NCBI GenBank assembly: GCA_964252035.1
Contig: OZ176204.1
Length of the DNA stretch: 64,000 nt
Reading direction: 5' to 3' (one strand)
From: Podarcis erhardii
Lineage: Eukaryota
This document shows, piece by piece, positions 62,640-64,000 of the stretch. The translations under genes were made by a program, and so were the position numbers. The notes under the pieces were generated by a model. It ran no database searches, was not told where the DNA came from, and saw only the letters and a list, made by a program, of their open reading frames with translations. Positions within the stretch are counted from its first letter, which is position 1, and each line of letters opens with the position of its first letter.

Positions 62640-63640
62640 CCTGCTACAGGTTTCATACTTAAAACATGGACAGCTCCGGCCGATTGCCAGTGAGTGAGCG
62701 GGGCAGGATCGGACCGCCAAAGCCTGTGTCAAGCGGCACGTAGTGCGCTCTGAAGGGGAGGCGCCCACCTTGCCTGCCGGGCGAGGAGCAAGGCAGGGAA
62801 AAGGCCGGCAGCCAGAGCAGCTGGCGCCGCCGCCGCCTCCTAATCCGATCCCCGCGAGGGCTGCCAGGGACAAGCCTCTTCCCTCCGCCCCTTCCAGGCA
62901 GCCCCACCCCGGCCAGTCTCCCGCCCGCTCCGCTTCCCGGCAGGCTCCGAGGAACTGGCTAGGCCGTAGCCCTGCCTCTTGGCCGGCTCTCCCTCGCCGC
63001 TCATTGGCTCTCGCCTCGCCAGGGGGGCCGCGACATTCGGGCGCCGTGACAAGCCAAGGAAGGGGCCGGCCTCGGGAAGCAGCCCAGCGCCGCCGTGTCA
63101 CAGCCGCCGGGCGACAGGGTTGCAGCCGCCACCGCCACTGCCGCCGCTCGGAGGAACAAGTGAGTTTCCTCTCGCAGGGATCGCGACCCAGCCCGGCCCT
63201 CCCCTCGCGGGGCGGGGACGCCTCCCGGCTCCATCCTCCGCTCTGCCTCGGGGCTTCTGGCGCCAGGATCTCCCTCGCCTTCTCCTCGCTATGCAGCCTC
63301 TCCCTTTCTCCCTCCACAGCCTGCGGATTACTCATCACACGTTCCCATCTCTCTCTCTCTCTCTCTCTCCTCCCCACCCCATGCCGCCCACTCCGCGCGC
63401 GCTTTCCCTTCCTCCTCCTCCTCCTCCACCCGTTTTTATGAGTCACTCCGGGGTTTTGGGTGGGGGCCCATCCGCGTCACGAGCTCATGCACGCGCCGGC
63501 GGGTGACTCCCTGCGCGCACCGCGTGCCCAGGGGCTGCTGAGCATCACGCCGGGATCTGGGGAGTTGGCTGGGAGGGCGGCAGGCAGAGGATGCGAGCGA
63601 CAGGTAGCGGCACATAGCGGGATACGCAGAGCAGCCCTCT
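62640..63640. promoter_or_regulatory. CpG-island promoter, probably bidirectional
   Basis: Very high GC and CpG density compared with the rest of the window. GC boxes (ccgccc at 62885 and about 62921) and an inverted CCAAT box (ATTGG at 63003-63007). Confidence 0.85.
63030..63159 (+). other. Probable non-coding first exon of the next + strand gene (SFXN3 by synteny only); 5' end approximate
   Basis: Consensus donor AA/GTGAGT at 63160 inside the CpG island, downstream of the CCAAT box. No coding evidence in the window. Confidence 0.55.
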
Positions 63641-63718
63641 CCAATCCACCTTCAACTCCCCGGGTTCTGTGGCGGGGTAGCCTTGAAAGACGGGAGTCTT
63701 TCTTTCGTTCTTTCTTTC

Positions 63719-63748
<30 letters not shown>
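63719..63748. repeat. (TCTA)n microsatellite
   Basis: Direct reading. Confidence 0.9.
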
Positions 63749-63750
<2 letters not shown>

Positions 63751-64000
63751 CCTTGGCCTCAAGGTCCCAGGGTGGGTTGCAACATTAAAACACAATATTA
63801 GAAACAATTGAGAACAACTAACAACCGGGAAAATAAGCTGAGCCTTGAAATTAGATGCCCCAGGTGTCAAAGTCAGAGGCAAGCATCCTGTGGCATTCTG
63901 TCAGCATCCTGTGGCAGCTGTATGATGAAGGTACTGGATTCATCTTTGTGGGAAGGGGGATCCACGGCTTAGGGGCTGACCATAGAGAATTGCCTCTCTT

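Noticed and set aside
62553-63506. 297-, 232- and 175-aa ORFs in the CpG island
   Set aside because: Stop-poor GC-rich promoter DNA gives Arg/Pro/Gly/Ala-rich nonsense translations in several frames at once.
1-64000. CRISPR arrays, operons or prokaryotic defence systems
   Set aside because: The sequence is intron-containing vertebrate DNA. The recurring short palindromes are dispersed MITEs, not regularly spaced direct repeats.

Overview
Vertebrate genomic DNA from a squamate reptile, probably a lacertid lizard (inferred from Sauria SINE copies and lizard-type MITEs). There are no prokaryotic features, so most of the ORF track is spurious. I rebuilt three multi-exon genes by hand from GT-AG junctions with consistent phases. 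(1) LZTS2 on + has 4 coding exons (11669-17081, 638 aa). (2) PDZD7 on - has 16 coding exons (47057-22010, 949 aa). (3) An intact otopetrin-family proton-channel gene on - has 6 coding exons (59407-50710, 574 aa). The otopetrin gene lies between the first coding exon of PDZD7 and a CpG island at about 62.6-63.6 kb. The island carries a + strand first exon, which by mammalian synteny (LZTS2-PDZD7-SFXN3) is probably SFXN3; no SFXN3 coding sequence is in the window. The otopetrin gene is the main surprise: mammals have OTOP1-3 at other loci and, to my knowledge, none between PDZD7 and SFXN3. Introns and intergenic DNA hold SINEs, CR1/L2 fragments, hAT, Tc1/pogo and Harbinger-like MITEs (several with visible TSDs), and microsatellites. 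Homology statements rest on recalled sequences, not on searches.
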